A stretch of 40,792 nt of DNA, from NCBI GenBank assembly GCA_021107835.1, contig JAIOSD010000020.1:1-40792 (forward strand), in the 5' to 3' direction. Shown piece by piece: positions 9,829 through 19,803 of the stretch; within the stretch, counting starts at the first letter, position 1; each line of letters begins with the position of its first letter. The translations under genes were made by a program, and so were the position numbers. The DNA comes from an archaeon. Lineage in GTDB: Archaea > Nanobdellota > Nanobdellia > SCGC-AAA011-G17 > PNOQ01. The notes beneath the pieces are model-generated. The model saw only the letters and a list, made by a program, of their open reading frames with translations, ran no database searches and had not been told where the DNA came from.

Positions 9829-10506
9829 CTAACTAATCAAAGTCCCAACAAAATCTTTCCCTTTTAACAAACTATCTAAATTCTTCAAATCATTAGAAAC
9901 AATATAAGTTTTAATTTTAGAACGATTAATTATCTTAGCAGCAGATTGATCTAAAACAAAATGTTGCCCCGCCTTAAACTTAATCTTATTAACCCGTAAC
10001 ATAAAATCTTTAAAACTAACAGAAGGAATAAATTTAGCATTTTTACTTATTTTAGGATTAGAAGTATACAAACCATCAACATTAGTCATATTAATTAAAT
10101 AATCTGCTTTTATCATCTCAGCAACTTCAGCAGCATTACCATCCGAAGTCATATTCTTTTGCATTCCTAAAGCACCACACACAACTAATTTTCTCAAATG
10201 CAAAGCACTTTTAACACCATGTAAAGTTTCAGGGATAGTTTCTTTCATTCCAAACACCCCACTAACCAACCTAGCATTTAATCTAGTAGTCGCAATACCA
10301 ACAATACTCAAAATTTCTTGTTTAGAACCAACATGTCTCAAACCTTCAATATATTTCCTAGCAGTACTTCCACCACCAGTAACAATAACAATTTTATTCT
10401 TACGAGAAAACTTTTTAATAAATTTAGCAAATTTCTTCAAATAACTATAATCCACTTTATCAGGAACAATAATAGAACCACCTAAACTTATCACCACTTT
10501 TTTCAT
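9829..10506 (-). CDS. pyrH: UMP kinase (archaeal type)
   Basis: MKKVVISLGGS, VTGGGSTARKY, GIATTRLNA, TNVDGLY..NP. Start corrected to ATG 10506; the tracked N-terminal extension covers the promoter. Confidence 0.93.
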   Translation of the reverse strand: MKKVVISLGGSIIVPDKVDYSYLKKFAKFIKKFSRKNKIVIVTGGGSTARKYIEGLRHVGSKQEILSIVGIATTRLNARLVSGVFGMKETIPETLHGVKSALHLRKLVVCGALGMQKNMTSDGNAAEVAEMIKADYLINMTNVDGLYTSNPKISKNAKFIPSVSFKDFMLRVNKIKFKAGQHFVLDQSAAKIINRSKIKTYIVSNDLKNLDSLLKGKDFVGTLIS

Positions 10507-10618
10507 ACTAATAAATTTAATAAAGCAATATTTAAAGCTTACTAACAAAAAATAACCACTTACAAGTAAACACAATAGAAAGATTTATAAAGGAAAAACA
10601 AAAATAAAAGCTAGAAAA

Positions 10619-11182
10619 ATGATTAGTTTAAAAAAAACATTATATTTTACAGGGGGGTTACTTTTAGCAGGATGTACTACTCAAAAAAGTAGTGTACCAA
10701 ATCCAAGAGTAACACCTTATGTCAACGCAGCACATCAAGTTGTAGAAAATCTTGAATCCGGAGCAACAGATAGCACAATAACACATAATGGACTAACTTA
10801 TCAAGTAGTATTACCAAAAAAAAATGAAATCTTAAGAATTGATATTTTAGGCTACCTAACAGATAACATCCGAGATAATAACGGAATTCGTTCAGCAAGT
10901 TTAGGTTTTTACAAAGATGATGTAACACTAACTGTTCAAGAAGCAGGAAGAATGACACCAAGTCATCAGTTTACTTTTAGTGAAAAAGGCCCATACATGG
11001 GGGTAAGAACCGCAGTAAAAGATGCAACAATTTATGATTTAAGTCTATTCGGTGCAAAAACCAAAATTAACAGGATACCACAAACCCTAGAAAACATGAG
11101 TGAATTAGATGAACCCCATAGTAAAGAATTTACAGGACACACAAGTTCAGAACTATTTGTTCAAGCTAGTTTAAGAAGATAA
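10619..11182 (+). CDS. Putative lipoprotein
   Basis: N-terminus MISLKKTLYFTGGLLLAGC has a basic n-region, hydrophobic h-region and canonical lipobox LAG-C. Confidence 0.75.
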   Translation: MISLKKTLYFTGGLLLAGCTTQKSSVPNPRVTPYVNAAHQVVENLESGATDSTITHNGLTYQVVLPKKNEILRIDILGYLTDNIRDNNGIRSASLGFYKDDVTLTVQEAGRMTPSHQFTFSEKGPYMGVRTAVKDATIYDLSLFGAKTKINRIPQTLENMSELDEPHSKEFTGHTSSELFVQASLRR

Positions 11183-11229
11183 TTCTAATTAAGAGAAAAT
11201 ATTATAAACAAAAGAATTTTTCAATCATT

Positions 11230-11418
11230 ATGGATTATCATACTTTATCAGATATAGGCAATTATGTTATGAAAGGATTAGAAACTGCATCAGAGATTGG
11301 ATGGTGCAGTATTCTTCCAATCCTTATACTCAAAGCAGGGTATGATATTTATACAAAAAAACCAAAAGAAAATAATATATCTCCAAATGAATTAGAAAGA
11401 AAGTCTAATCAACAGTAA
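11230..11418 (+). CDS. Small single-TM hypothetical protein
   Basis: 62 aa with one hydrophobic stretch; TATA-like TATTATAAA about 22 nt upstream; overlaps the convergent DUF357 stop. Confidence 0.5.
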   Translation: MDYHTLSDIGNYVMKGLETASEIGWCSILPILILKAGYDIYTKKPKENNISPNELERKSNQQ

Positions 11419-11683
11419 ACAATCTACTATCCTTAACTAAAAATATTTTACTTCTAGCACCAGCATCTAACCAACCATGTGCATAATTTAAAGCTGCAAA
11501 AGCATTAATCAAATCGCCCTTAGAATAAAAATGCTTAGCATCAGAAATATAACAAGAAATCATATTTAAAAAATCTTCAGCAAGAACTTTATCCTTTCCA
11601 ATATTCTTCTTAGCCATTTCAAAAGCTTCTTCACTAATTGAAAAATACTTCTCAACCTTTCCTTTAGTTATTTTATCTTTCAT
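11405..11683 (-). CDS. DUF357 family protein
   Basis: Y.SDAKHF..KGD.INAFAALNYAHGWLDAG signature. Confidence 0.9.
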   Translation of the reverse strand: MKDKITKGKVEKYFSISEEAFEMAKKNIGKDKVLAEDFLNMISCYISDAKHFYSKGDLINAFAALNYAHGWLDAGARSKIFLVKDSRLFTVD

Positions 11684-11733
11684 AAATCTCTCTAAAATAA
11701 AACCTTTATAAAACTTTACAACAAAACAAAGAT

Positions 11734-12132
11734 ATGGAATTCCAAGTAAAATCTACAAAAAAACAAGAAATAATAGATATAACAGCACAAATAAAGCAAA
11801 TTCTAAAAGAATCACAAACAAAAAAGGGTATCCTAATAATTTACACACCACACGCAACAGCAGCAATAATAATAAACGAAAATTATGATCCAAATATTTG
11901 TGATGATATCTTAGAAGCATTAGATAACTTAATCCCTCAAGGAAAGTGGAGACATGACAAAATAGACAATAACGCAGCAGCACACATAAAAGCCTCAATT
12001 ATAGGTCCTTCACAAACAATACCAATAAAAGATAACAAATTACAACTAGGAACCTGGCAAAATTGTATGTTAGCAGACTTTGATGGCCCAAAAAATAGAA
12101 GAGTAATAGTAAATATTATACAAAATAAATAA
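11734..12132 (+). CDS. yjbQ: YjbQ / UPF0047 family (secondary thiamine-phosphate synthase-like)
   Basis: PHATAAIIINEN, NAAAHIK and LGTWQ..DFDGP motifs. Confidence 0.92.
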   Translation: MEFQVKSTKKQEIIDITAQIKQILKESQTKKGILIIYTPHATAAIIINENYDPNICDDILEALDNLIPQGKWRHDKIDNNAAAHIKASIIGPSQTIPIKDNKLQLGTWQNCMLADFDGPKNRRVIVNIIQNK

Positions 12133-12161
12133 TTATAAACAAACTAGTATTCTCTTTTCCA

Positions 12162-12752
12162 ATGTTTCCTACACAAAAAAAAGGTATAGTTATCGCTATA
12201 GACGGCCCACCTAAAGCAGGAAAAAATATTCAAACAAGCATTATTAAAGATTATCTAAATTTTTTAACTGGAAATGATATATATTCTCCCTCCGAACCTT
12301 GGGCTAGCCTAGAATCTAAAGACAGAAAAAAGCGGATTCAATATATAAAAGATATAACTCTACAAGAACAAACCAGTGTAATATTATATGCATATCATTG
12401 TTCATCTTTTGCATATATGCACGCACAAGGAATGCCTATAGAAGAAATAGTTAAAGCAAATATGGAGTCTATAGTTCCAGATTTAACATTCTTACTAAAT
12501 GCCCCAACAGGAGTGCTTTTAGAAAGATCAAATCCCGAAGAAAGAGAAAAATTCGAAACTGAAGGATTTTTAGAAAGATTAAATCAAAATTTCCAAGATA
12601 TAGATAATTACCTAGCAAAATTAAACAGAGCAAGAGAACCGTTTGGAGTTTATCCCACTGAAACTATAATAAGAATAAACGCAAATCAAGATTCAGAAGA
12701 GGTTTTCAGAGACATAAGACCTCACCTAAATTGGTTAATGAGGAATACATAA
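12162..12752 (+). CDS. Thymidylate-kinase-like protein with degenerate catalytic motifs
   Basis: Tmk architecture (IAIDG..GK..Q, EP, SS.AY..QG, PDLTFLL, REKFE..FLE, INAN), but the P-loop ends GKN and DRY is replaced by YAY. Stop overlaps the thyX start (TAATG). Confidence 0.75.
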   Translation: MFPTQKKGIVIAIDGPPKAGKNIQTSIIKDYLNFLTGNDIYSPSEPWASLESKDRKKRIQYIKDITLQEQTSVILYAYHCSSFAYMHAQGMPIEEIVKANMESIVPDLTFLLNAPTGVLLERSNPEEREKFETEGFLERLNQNFQDIDNYLAKLNRAREPFGVYPTETIIRINANQDSEEVFRDIRPHLNWLMRNT

Positions 12753-13660
12753 TGTCTAAAATACAAAGAGCAACATCACCAGAATTAGAAGCAATACTAG
12801 GAGAAACTTTCCCAGTCCTAGATGATGGATTTATTAGGGTAATAGACTATATGGGAAATGATCAATCAATAGTTCAAGCAGCAAGAGTTTCATATGGGGC
12901 AGGAACAAAAAAAGTCTCAGAAGATAGAGGATTAATTAGATATCTCTTAAGAAACAATCACACAACTCCTTTTGAAATGGCAGAACTAAAACTCCATGTC
13001 AAAGTACCAATGGACGCATGGAGACAATGGATACGCCATAGAACAGCTTCAGTAAACGAAATTAGCTCACGTTATTCAATAGTCACCAATACTGCTCAAA
13101 AAACAGATCCAAATGAATGGAGAATCCAAGGAACAGGAAACAAACAAGGTAGTGAAGGAGTTCTAGATCCAGAAATAGGTAAAAAATTAACACAAGAAGA
13201 AGAAATTTTTCAAGAATATGCTAAAGCAACCTACGAAGGGAGAATAGCTAAAGGAGTAGCAAGAGAACAAGCAAGAAAAGATATTCCATTATGCACCTAC
13301 ACCGAAGCCTATTGGAAGATGGATCTACATAATTTACTACATTTTTTAGATTTAAGGATGGATCCACATGCACAACAAGAAATTAGATCATACGCAGATG
13401 TAATCGGAAATGAAATAGTTGCTAAATGGGTTCCTCTAACATGGGAATCATTTGAAGATTACAAAATAAACGCAAGAGGATTAACAGGTTTAGAAGATCC
13501 TTTAATTGGTGCCCTAATAAATAATCAACCAGAAAATGCAGTTAAACTTGCAATATCTTATGGCTGGTTAGAACAAGGAAAGAAAGGATTAAAGAATAAT
13601 AGGGAAAGACAAGAATTTGAAATCAAAGCTAAAAGGTGGAAATTACCTATTCCCTGGTAA
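12752..13660 (+). CDS. thyX: FAD-dependent thymidylate synthase
   Basis: AARVSY, HTTPFE, RHRTASVNEISSRY (RHRx7S motif), REQAR, NLLHFLDLR and HAQQEIR. GAGG SD precedes ATG 12752. Confidence 0.96.
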   Translation: MSKIQRATSPELEAILGETFPVLDDGFIRVIDYMGNDQSIVQAARVSYGAGTKKVSEDRGLIRYLLRNNHTTPFEMAELKLHVKVPMDAWRQWIRHRTASVNEISSRYSIVTNTAQKTDPNEWRIQGTGNKQGSEGVLDPEIGKKLTQEEEIFQEYAKATYEGRIAKGVAREQARKDIPLCTYTEAYWKMDLHNLLHFLDLRMDPHAQQEIRSYADVIGNEIVAKWVPLTWESFEDYKINARGLTGLEDPLIGALINNQPENAVKLAISYGWLEQGKKGLKNNRERQEFEIKAKRWKLPIPW

Positions 13661-13661
13661 A

Positions 13662-15563
13662 TCATAACCCATCTTCAATCTTCTTAACACACTCAGGATT
13701 AACAAGAGTCGTAGTGCTTTTTATTTTTTCCCCAATCAACAAACTTTTCAAAATCCTACGCATAATCTTCCCAGATCTAGTTTTAGGTAAATCATCAACA
13801 AAATAAATTTCCTTAAGAGACGCAATCGGTCCTATACGAACTCTAACATCATTCACTAACTTCTTCTTCAAAACATCCGAAGGCTTTCCCTTCTCCAAAA
13901 CAACAAAAGCAACTGGGACTTCTCCACGAATCTTATCAGGAACAGAAACAATTGCAGCTTCATTCACACAATCATCATCATCCAATGCGTTTTCCATTTC
14001 TGCAGTTGATAATCTATGTCCTGCAACTTTTATCACATCATCTATTCGACCAGTCAATCTAATATTCCCATCCTTATCCATAAACGCCCCATCCGAAGTA
14101 TCATATTTATTTTTAAATTTAGACCAGTAAGTTTCTTTGTATCTTTTCTTATTTCTAAAAACCCCCTGCAACATTCCCGGAGCAAAAGGAGATAACTGCA
14201 CAAGGTGCCCAGGCTTTCCAACCCTAACTTTATTCCCTTTCCCATTTACAATTGCCATCTTTATTCCAGGAAAAGGTTTTCCAGCATAACTAGGAATAAA
14301 AGGTCCAACACCAGGCAAAGAATTTATAACATTAGCACCAGTTTCAGTCTGCCACCAAGTATCAATCAAAGGTAACTTAGACTTACCAATTTTCTTAAAG
14401 TACCAATTCCAAGCATCTTCATCTATAGGTTCACCTACAGTACCCAAAATTTTCAAAGAGTTTAAATTATACTTCTTCAAATATTTCTCTCCAAATTTCA
14501 TAAACAACCTAATAGCAGTGGGAGCAGTATAAAACACATTAACTTTATTCTCCTGTATAATCTTCCACCATCTTCCAAAATTAGGAAAATCCGGCGAACC
14601 TTCATAGATTAACAAAGTCGCTCCCAAAGACAAAGGTCCATAACAAGAGTATGTATGCCCTGTAATCCAACCTACATCTGCAGTACACCACATAATATCA
14701 TTCTCATGTAAATTAAAATTAAATTTACTAGTTGTAGAAGCCTGAGTCAAATATCCACCAGTATCACGCATAACTCCTTTTGGTTTTCCAGTAGTACCAG
14801 AAGTATACAAAATGAATAAAGTATCTTCAGATTTCATAATTTTAGGTTTACAAAAAGATTTTTCCTTCCTTATCTCTTTAGTATAATTAATAAATCCCTT
14901 AGGAACTTTCTTCTCAAGTCTAGGCACAACAATAACTTTCTTAACTTTAGTTCCTTTAACAGCTTTCTTAACTTTTTTTAACAAATCAACTTTCTTCCCT
15001 TTTCTAAAATATCCATCCGCAGTGATAAGAACTTTAGATTTCCCATCCTTCATTCTAGATTGCAAAGCCTCTTCAGAAAAAGCAGAGAAAACAACAGAAT
15101 GAATCGCACCAATTCTTGAGCAAGCCAACATAGAAATTATTACTTCAGGAATCATTGGAAGATAAATAGAAACTACATCCCCTTTCTTAACTTTTAATCT
15201 TTTTAGAAGATTTGCGAATTTGTTTACTTTTTCATGTAACTCTTTATATGTTATTTTTATTGGTTTTTCTTTAGTAGGTTCAGGCACCCAGATCAAAGCA
15301 GTCTTATTTAATCTAGTTTCCAGATGTCTATCTAAACAATTCATAGAAGCATTTAACTTTCCACCAACAAACCATTTAAAATAAGGTAATTTTTCTTTGT
15401 AAGGCAATTTCCACATAGTATCCCAATCTAATTCTTTGGCTTGTTCTTCCCAAAATTTTATAGGTTCTTGAAAGTAAACTTTCTTAGAACTAATCCAAGC
15501 CCCTTCTTTCATTTCCTTTGTAGGCCAATACTTACTTCCTCTTTTTGTTACATATTTTACCAA
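13662..15563 (-). CDS. acs: Acetate--CoA ligase (AMP-forming acetyl-CoA synthetase)
   Basis: YTSGTTGKPKG, ADVGWITGH, VGEP, DTWWQTE and PKTRSGKIMRR. TTG start lies 1 bp after the hppA stop. Confidence 0.95.
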   Translation of the reverse strand: MVKYVTKRGSKYWPTKEMKEGAWISSKKVYFQEPIKFWEEQAKELDWDTMWKLPYKEKLPYFKWFVGGKLNASMNCLDRHLETRLNKTALIWVPEPTKEKPIKITYKELHEKVNKFANLLKRLKVKKGDVVSIYLPMIPEVIISMLACSRIGAIHSVVFSAFSEEALQSRMKDGKSKVLITADGYFRKGKKVDLLKKVKKAVKGTKVKKVIVVPRLEKKVPKGFINYTKEIRKEKSFCKPKIMKSEDTLFILYTSGTTGKPKGVMRDTGGYLTQASTTSKFNFNLHENDIMWCTADVGWITGHTYSCYGPLSLGATLLIYEGSPDFPNFGRWWKIIQENKVNVFYTAPTAIRLFMKFGEKYLKKYNLNSLKILGTVGEPIDEDAWNWYFKKIGKSKLPLIDTWWQTETGANVINSLPGVGPFIPSYAGKPFPGIKMAIVNGKGNKVRVGKPGHLVQLSPFAPGMLQGVFRNKKRYKETYWSKFKNKYDTSDGAFMDKDGNIRLTGRIDDVIKVAGHRLSTAEMENALDDDDCVNEAAIVSVPDKIRGEVPVAFVVLEKGKPSDVLKKKLVNDVRVRIGPIASLKEIYFVDDLPKTRSGKIMRRILKSLLIGEKIKSTTTLVNPECVKKIEDGL

Positions 15564-15564
15564 T

Positions 15565-17430
15565 TTACATCAACAACACAAACAACAACGAAATTATCGC
15601 TATCAATTTAATCAAAATATTTAAAGCAGGCCCAGCGGCATCCTTGAGACTGTCCCCCACACCATCACCAACAACACTCGCTTTATGAACAACAGAACCA
15701 TACCGAGTTTCTTCGATAAGTTTCTTAGCATTATCCAAGGAACCCCCAGCATTTGCCATAAAAATAGACAATAAAAAAGCTGAAACAACCGCACCAGCAA
15801 TCAAACTCCCCAAAACAGCAGAACCTAATAAACTCCCAACAGCAAAAACCAAAACAATAACAATCAAAACAGAGATTAACATCTCCCGAATTGAATTCTT
15901 TGTAGCAATCTCAATAGGGGCATTATAATCCAGTTTCCCAGACTTAAACTGGCTACGAACATTTGCAACAATTTTACTAGAAGTTCTACCAACCGCACCA
16001 ATAACTAAAGAAGAAAACAAAAACGGAATAAACCCTCCAATAAATAAAGCAGCCATATTCTCAATTTGTAAAATATCAATAACATTTATCTCAGCAATAA
16101 CAATAAAACTAGCTAATAATGTCAAAACAGTCAAAGCAGCAGAAGAAATCGTAAAGCCCTTACCAATAGCAGCAGTAGTATTCCCTAATGAATCCAACTT
16201 AGAAGAATTAATCTTAGCCTTCTTACTCCCAGACAACTCCGCAATCCCAGCAGCATTATCAGTAATTGATCCAAAAATAGTAGAAGCTAACACAACCCCA
16301 GTTATACTTAACATACTAACCGCAGAAATCGCAATTCCTAATAATCCAAGAAAATAATAAGAAAGCACCATAACCAAACTAATAACAATAACAGGAACAA
16401 TAGTCGATAATAATCCATTTGATAACCCTGCCAAAACATTCAAAGCCGCCCCACTCTCAGCAGCTTTAGCAATTCTTTTTGTTGGAGCAAACTTAATAGA
16501 AGTAAAGTAAAATACACTAAACCCAATTAATACACCACCAACTAATCCATATAAAATAGGCATAAAAAAACTATTCAAAAATAGATAAGATAATCCCAAA
16601 ATAAAAATTCCTGCAACTAATAAAGAATCCAATACTGAATAAATCCTTTTTTGCTGAACAACTAATATTGAAACTAAACAAGAAATTATTCCAATTGCAG
16701 CTAAAGTTAATGGAACAAAGATATTCATTCCAAGAGCACTAAGTAATACCATTGTAGCAATTATTGAAGCAACATAACTCTCAAATAAATCAGAAGACAT
16801 TCCTGCGACATCTCCAACATTATCTCCAACTAAATCTGCTATAACCGCGGGATTTTTCGGAGAATCTTCCGGTAAACCTTTCTCAATTTTACCAGTTAAA
16901 TCTGCAGATAAATCAGCAGATTTAGTAAATATTCCTCCCCCAACTCTCATAAACAAAGCAACTAAGGATGCTCCAAAAGCAAAACCATACAAGATTTTAG
17001 GATCACCAAATAAACTCTGTAAAATAATTATAGCAATTAAACCAAAAAACATAGCAAAAATACTGACCCTCAAACCAGAAAGATAAGCAATTTTCATTCC
17101 AGAATGCACACTTTTCTTAGAAGCTACCACAGTTAAAACATTAGCTTTAGTAGCAACATCCATTCCAACCCGACCAATAACCAGAGATAACAAAGCACCA
17201 AAAAAGAAAGTTATGGCAAAAGCATAACTAAAAAGTAAGATAATTAAAGAAATCCCCAAAATCAGAATCCACAAAACGTTATGTTCTATCTTCAAAAAAG
17301 TTTTAGAACCCTCTCTAATCTTTTTAGAAAAATCATTCATAGACTTATTACCAGTTTTTTTGCTTTTTATCCAGATATTAAAGATTACAAGAAATACAAT
17401 CGCAGCAACTAAAGCAACTAATATAATCAT
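15565..17430 (-). CDS. hppA: Membrane-bound Na+/H+-translocating pyrophosphatase, K+-dependent type
   Basis: Polytopic; GGGIFTKSAD..ADL.GK.E..PED, DLVGDNVGD, DLFESY, GNTTAA (Ala = K+-dependent determinant), DNAKK, GD.LKD. Confidence 0.92.
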   Translation of the reverse strand: MIILVALVAAIVFLVIFNIWIKSKKTGNKSMNDFSKKIREGSKTFLKIEHNVLWILILGISLIILLFSYAFAITFFFGALLSLVIGRVGMDVATKANVLTVVASKKSVHSGMKIAYLSGLRVSIFAMFFGLIAIIILQSLFGDPKILYGFAFGASLVALFMRVGGGIFTKSADLSADLTGKIEKGLPEDSPKNPAVIADLVGDNVGDVAGMSSDLFESYVASIIATMVLLSALGMNIFVPLTLAAIGIISCLVSILVVQQKRIYSVLDSLLVAGIFILGLSYLFLNSFFMPILYGLVGGVLIGFSVFYFTSIKFAPTKRIAKAAESGAALNVLAGLSNGLLSTIVPVIVISLVMVLSYYFLGLLGIAISAVSMLSITGVVLASTIFGSITDNAAGIAELSGSKKAKINSSKLDSLGNTTAAIGKGFTISSAALTVLTLLASFIVIAEINVIDILQIENMAALFIGGFIPFLFSSLVIGAVGRTSSKIVANVRSQFKSGKLDYNAPIEIATKNSIREMLISVLIVIVLVFAVGSLLGSAVLGSLIAGAVVSAFLLSIFMANAGGSLDNAKKLIEETRYGSVVHKASVVGDGVGDSLKDAAGPALNILIKLIAIISLLFVLLM

Positions 17431-17509
17431 AAGTTAAAACTCAAATCCCAAGTTTAAATAATTTCCTATACGATAATTTTATATAATCCCAATTTCAAAT
17501 TTAACTAAA
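17431..17509. promoter_or_regulatory. Compact bidirectional promoter for hppA-acs and korA-korB-hydrogenase
   Basis: TATTTAAA on the minus strand (17453-17460) and TTTATATA on the plus strand (17478-17485), 22-24 nt from the respective ATGs. Confidence 0.7.
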
Positions 17510-19030
17510 ATGAAGGTGAGTGTTCTTATTGGTGGAAAAGCAGGACAAGGAATTAATAAAGTTTCCCAAATAATCTCAGACGTCTTAATAAAACAAGGTC
17601 ATTTCACTTTCAACTATAGAGACTACCCTTCCTTAATAAGAGGGGGGCATAATTTCAACATATTATCAATTTCAAACACAAGAATTGGTAGTCATGAAAG
17701 CAAAGTAGATTTTATTCTAGCAATGGACAAAAACACAATAAAAATTCATAAAAAAGAATTAAAAAAAGAAGGGATAATCATAAGCTATGAAAAATTCAAA
17801 GATTTAGGAATAAATCTAAATATAGCATTAGCTGGAGCATTCACAAAAATCTTAGGGATTGAAAAAAAATACTTAATCAAAGAAATAAAAAAAGAATTAA
17901 ACAACCCAGAATCTATAAAAGCAGCAGAAAAAGGTTTCAATTCTCAAGAAGTAAAATTCAACTTAAAAAAACAAAATAACAAAATAAAAATTATAAGTGG
18001 ATCACAAGCTGTAGCACAAGGAGCAATCAATTCTAAAATAAATAGATACTTTGCTTACCCAATGACACCTGCAACAGGGGTTATGAATGAATTGGCCGAA
18101 AAACAAATAAAAAACAAATTTATGGTTTTTCAACCAGAAAATGAAATAGCAGTAGTCAATGCAGCATTAGGCTCTTCTTTCGCAGGAGCAAATACAATGA
18201 TTGGAACTTCAGGTGGAGGTTTCGATCTAATGTCAGAAGGATTAAGTTTTCAAGGGATCTCTGAAATTCCGCTAGTAGTTTACCTATCTTCAAGACCTGG
18301 CCCTGGAACAGGAGTTCCAACTTATTCAACACAATCAGATCTAAATATTGCTTTAAGAGCAGGCCACGGAGAATTTCCGAGAGTTGTAATCGCACCTGGC
18401 GACCCAAAAGAAGCAATTGAAAAAACAAACGAAGCTTTTTACCTAACAAATAAATTCAACTGCTTAAGTATATTATTATCAGACAAACACTTAGCAGAAT
18501 CAGAATTTAGTACAAATAAAAAACCAAATAAAATTCTTAAAGTAATAGCAAATAAAAAATTACCAGGAAAATCTATTGTAAAAGCTTCTAGTTATGAACA
18601 TGATAAATTTGGTAATACAACTGAAGATCCAAAAATAATTAAAAAAAATCAGGAAAACAGATTAAAAAAATATTCACAAATAAAAACAGAAGCTAAAAAG
18701 TTTGAAATGATTAAAATTTACGGCAAAAGAACTTCTAAAAAATTAATAATTGGTTGGGGTTCAACAAAAGGAGTAATCCTAGATGCAATTGAAAACACAG
18801 ATTACAAATTCTTACAAATACTCTACTTAATGCCAATGTCAAACGAGATAAAAAAAGAGATAAAAAAAGCTAAAAAAGTTGTTTTAGTTGAAAATAATCT
18901 TACAGGACAGTTAGGAAGAATTATTAGAGAAAAAACGGGAATAGAAATCAAAAACAGAATTCTAAGATACGATTCTCGCCCATTTTTATGTGACGAATTA
19001 AGAAAGGAGATAAGAAATAAACTAAAATGA
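17510..19030 (+). CDS. korA: 2-oxoacid:ferredoxin oxidoreductase alpha subunit (gamma-alpha fusion)
   Basis: GGKAGQG, YPSLIRGGHN, AYPMTP, ENEIA, TSGGGF, RPGPGTG, SYEHD and VENN.TGQL. Confidence 0.94.
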   Translation: MKVSVLIGGKAGQGINKVSQIISDVLIKQGHFTFNYRDYPSLIRGGHNFNILSISNTRIGSHESKVDFILAMDKNTIKIHKKELKKEGIIISYEKFKDLGINLNIALAGAFTKILGIEKKYLIKEIKKELNNPESIKAAEKGFNSQEVKFNLKKQNNKIKIISGSQAVAQGAINSKINRYFAYPMTPATGVMNELAEKQIKNKFMVFQPENEIAVVNAALGSSFAGANTMIGTSGGGFDLMSEGLSFQGISEIPLVVYLSSRPGPGTGVPTYSTQSDLNIALRAGHGEFPRVVIAPGDPKEAIEKTNEAFYLTNKFNCLSILLSDKHLAESEFSTNKKPNKILKVIANKKLPGKSIVKASSYEHDKFGNTTEDPKIIKKNQENRLKKYSQIKTEAKKFEMIKIYGKRTSKKLIIGWGSTKGVILDAIENTDYKFLQILYLMPMSNEIKKEIKKAKKVVLVENNLTGQLGRIIREKTGIEIKNRILRYDSRPFLCDELRKEIRNKLK

Positions 19031-19803
19031 ATCTAGATACAAAAAACGAAATAACTTGGTGCCCAGGATGCTCTAATTTCATGATTCTAAATTCTGTGAA
19101 AAAAGCAATTAAAAAATCAAAAATAAAAAACTTCACTATGGTAACCGGAATTGGATGCCACGCAAAAATATTCGACTACTTAAACATCAGTGGAATCTAC
19201 GGCCTACACGGAAGAGTTCTTCCAACCATGTTAGGAATAAAAATAGGTAATCCAAAACTAAATGTGATAGGTTTCGCAGGAGATGGAGATACCTACTCAG
19301 AAGGTTTATCACACTTCATAAGCGCAGGAAGATATAATTCAAATATGACCTTATTAGTTCACGACAACCAATCATTCTCCTTAACAACAGGACAAGTAAC
19401 ACCAACTTCACAACAAGGATTCAAAGCTAAATCAGAACCACTAGGAAATTTCAATACTCCATTAAACCCTTTAAAATTAGCACTTTCCTCAGGAATAACA
19501 TTCATAGCTAGGTGCGACTCAAAAGATATTGATCACACAGCAAAGATTATAGAGCAAGCAATAAAACACAAAGGATTTGCATTCGTAGAAATAATTCAAA
19601 CCTGTTTAATATTTAACAAAGAGATGAACAATTTGAGTAAATACACTTACAAAGTAAATAACAGTAACATGAAAAAAGCCATAATTTTAGCAGACAAATG
19701 GAATTATAACTCTAAAAAAGGCAAAATTCCAATTGGAATTATTTACAAAGAAAAAAGGAAAACTTTAGAAGAAAATTGGCCACAACTAAAAAATGGCAGA
19801 TAA
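19027..19803 (+). CDS. korB: 2-oxoacid:ferredoxin oxidoreductase beta subunit
   Basis: WCPGC, GIGC, LHGR, TPP motif GDGD, LTTGQ.TPT; ATGA overlap with korA. Confidence 0.94.
   Translation: MNLDTKNEITWCPGCSNFMILNSVKKAIKKSKIKNFTMVTGIGCHAKIFDYLNISGIYGLHGRVLPTMLGIKIGNPKLNVIGFAGDGDTYSEGLSHFISAGRYNSNMTLLVHDNQSFSLTTGQVTPTSQQGFKAKSEPLGNFNTPLNPLKLALSSGITFIARCDSKDIDHTAKIIEQAIKHKGFAFVEIIQTCLIFNKEMNNLSKYTYKVNNSNMKKAIILADKWNYNSKKGKIPIGIIYKEKRKTLEENWPQLKNGR

Noticed and set aside
10507..10575. Tracked N-terminal extensions of pyrH (and likewise thyX, fdx, trmB and the 20714 gene)
   Set aside because: They run through promoter or SD regions; family N-termini and TATA/SD spacing support the downstream ATGs.
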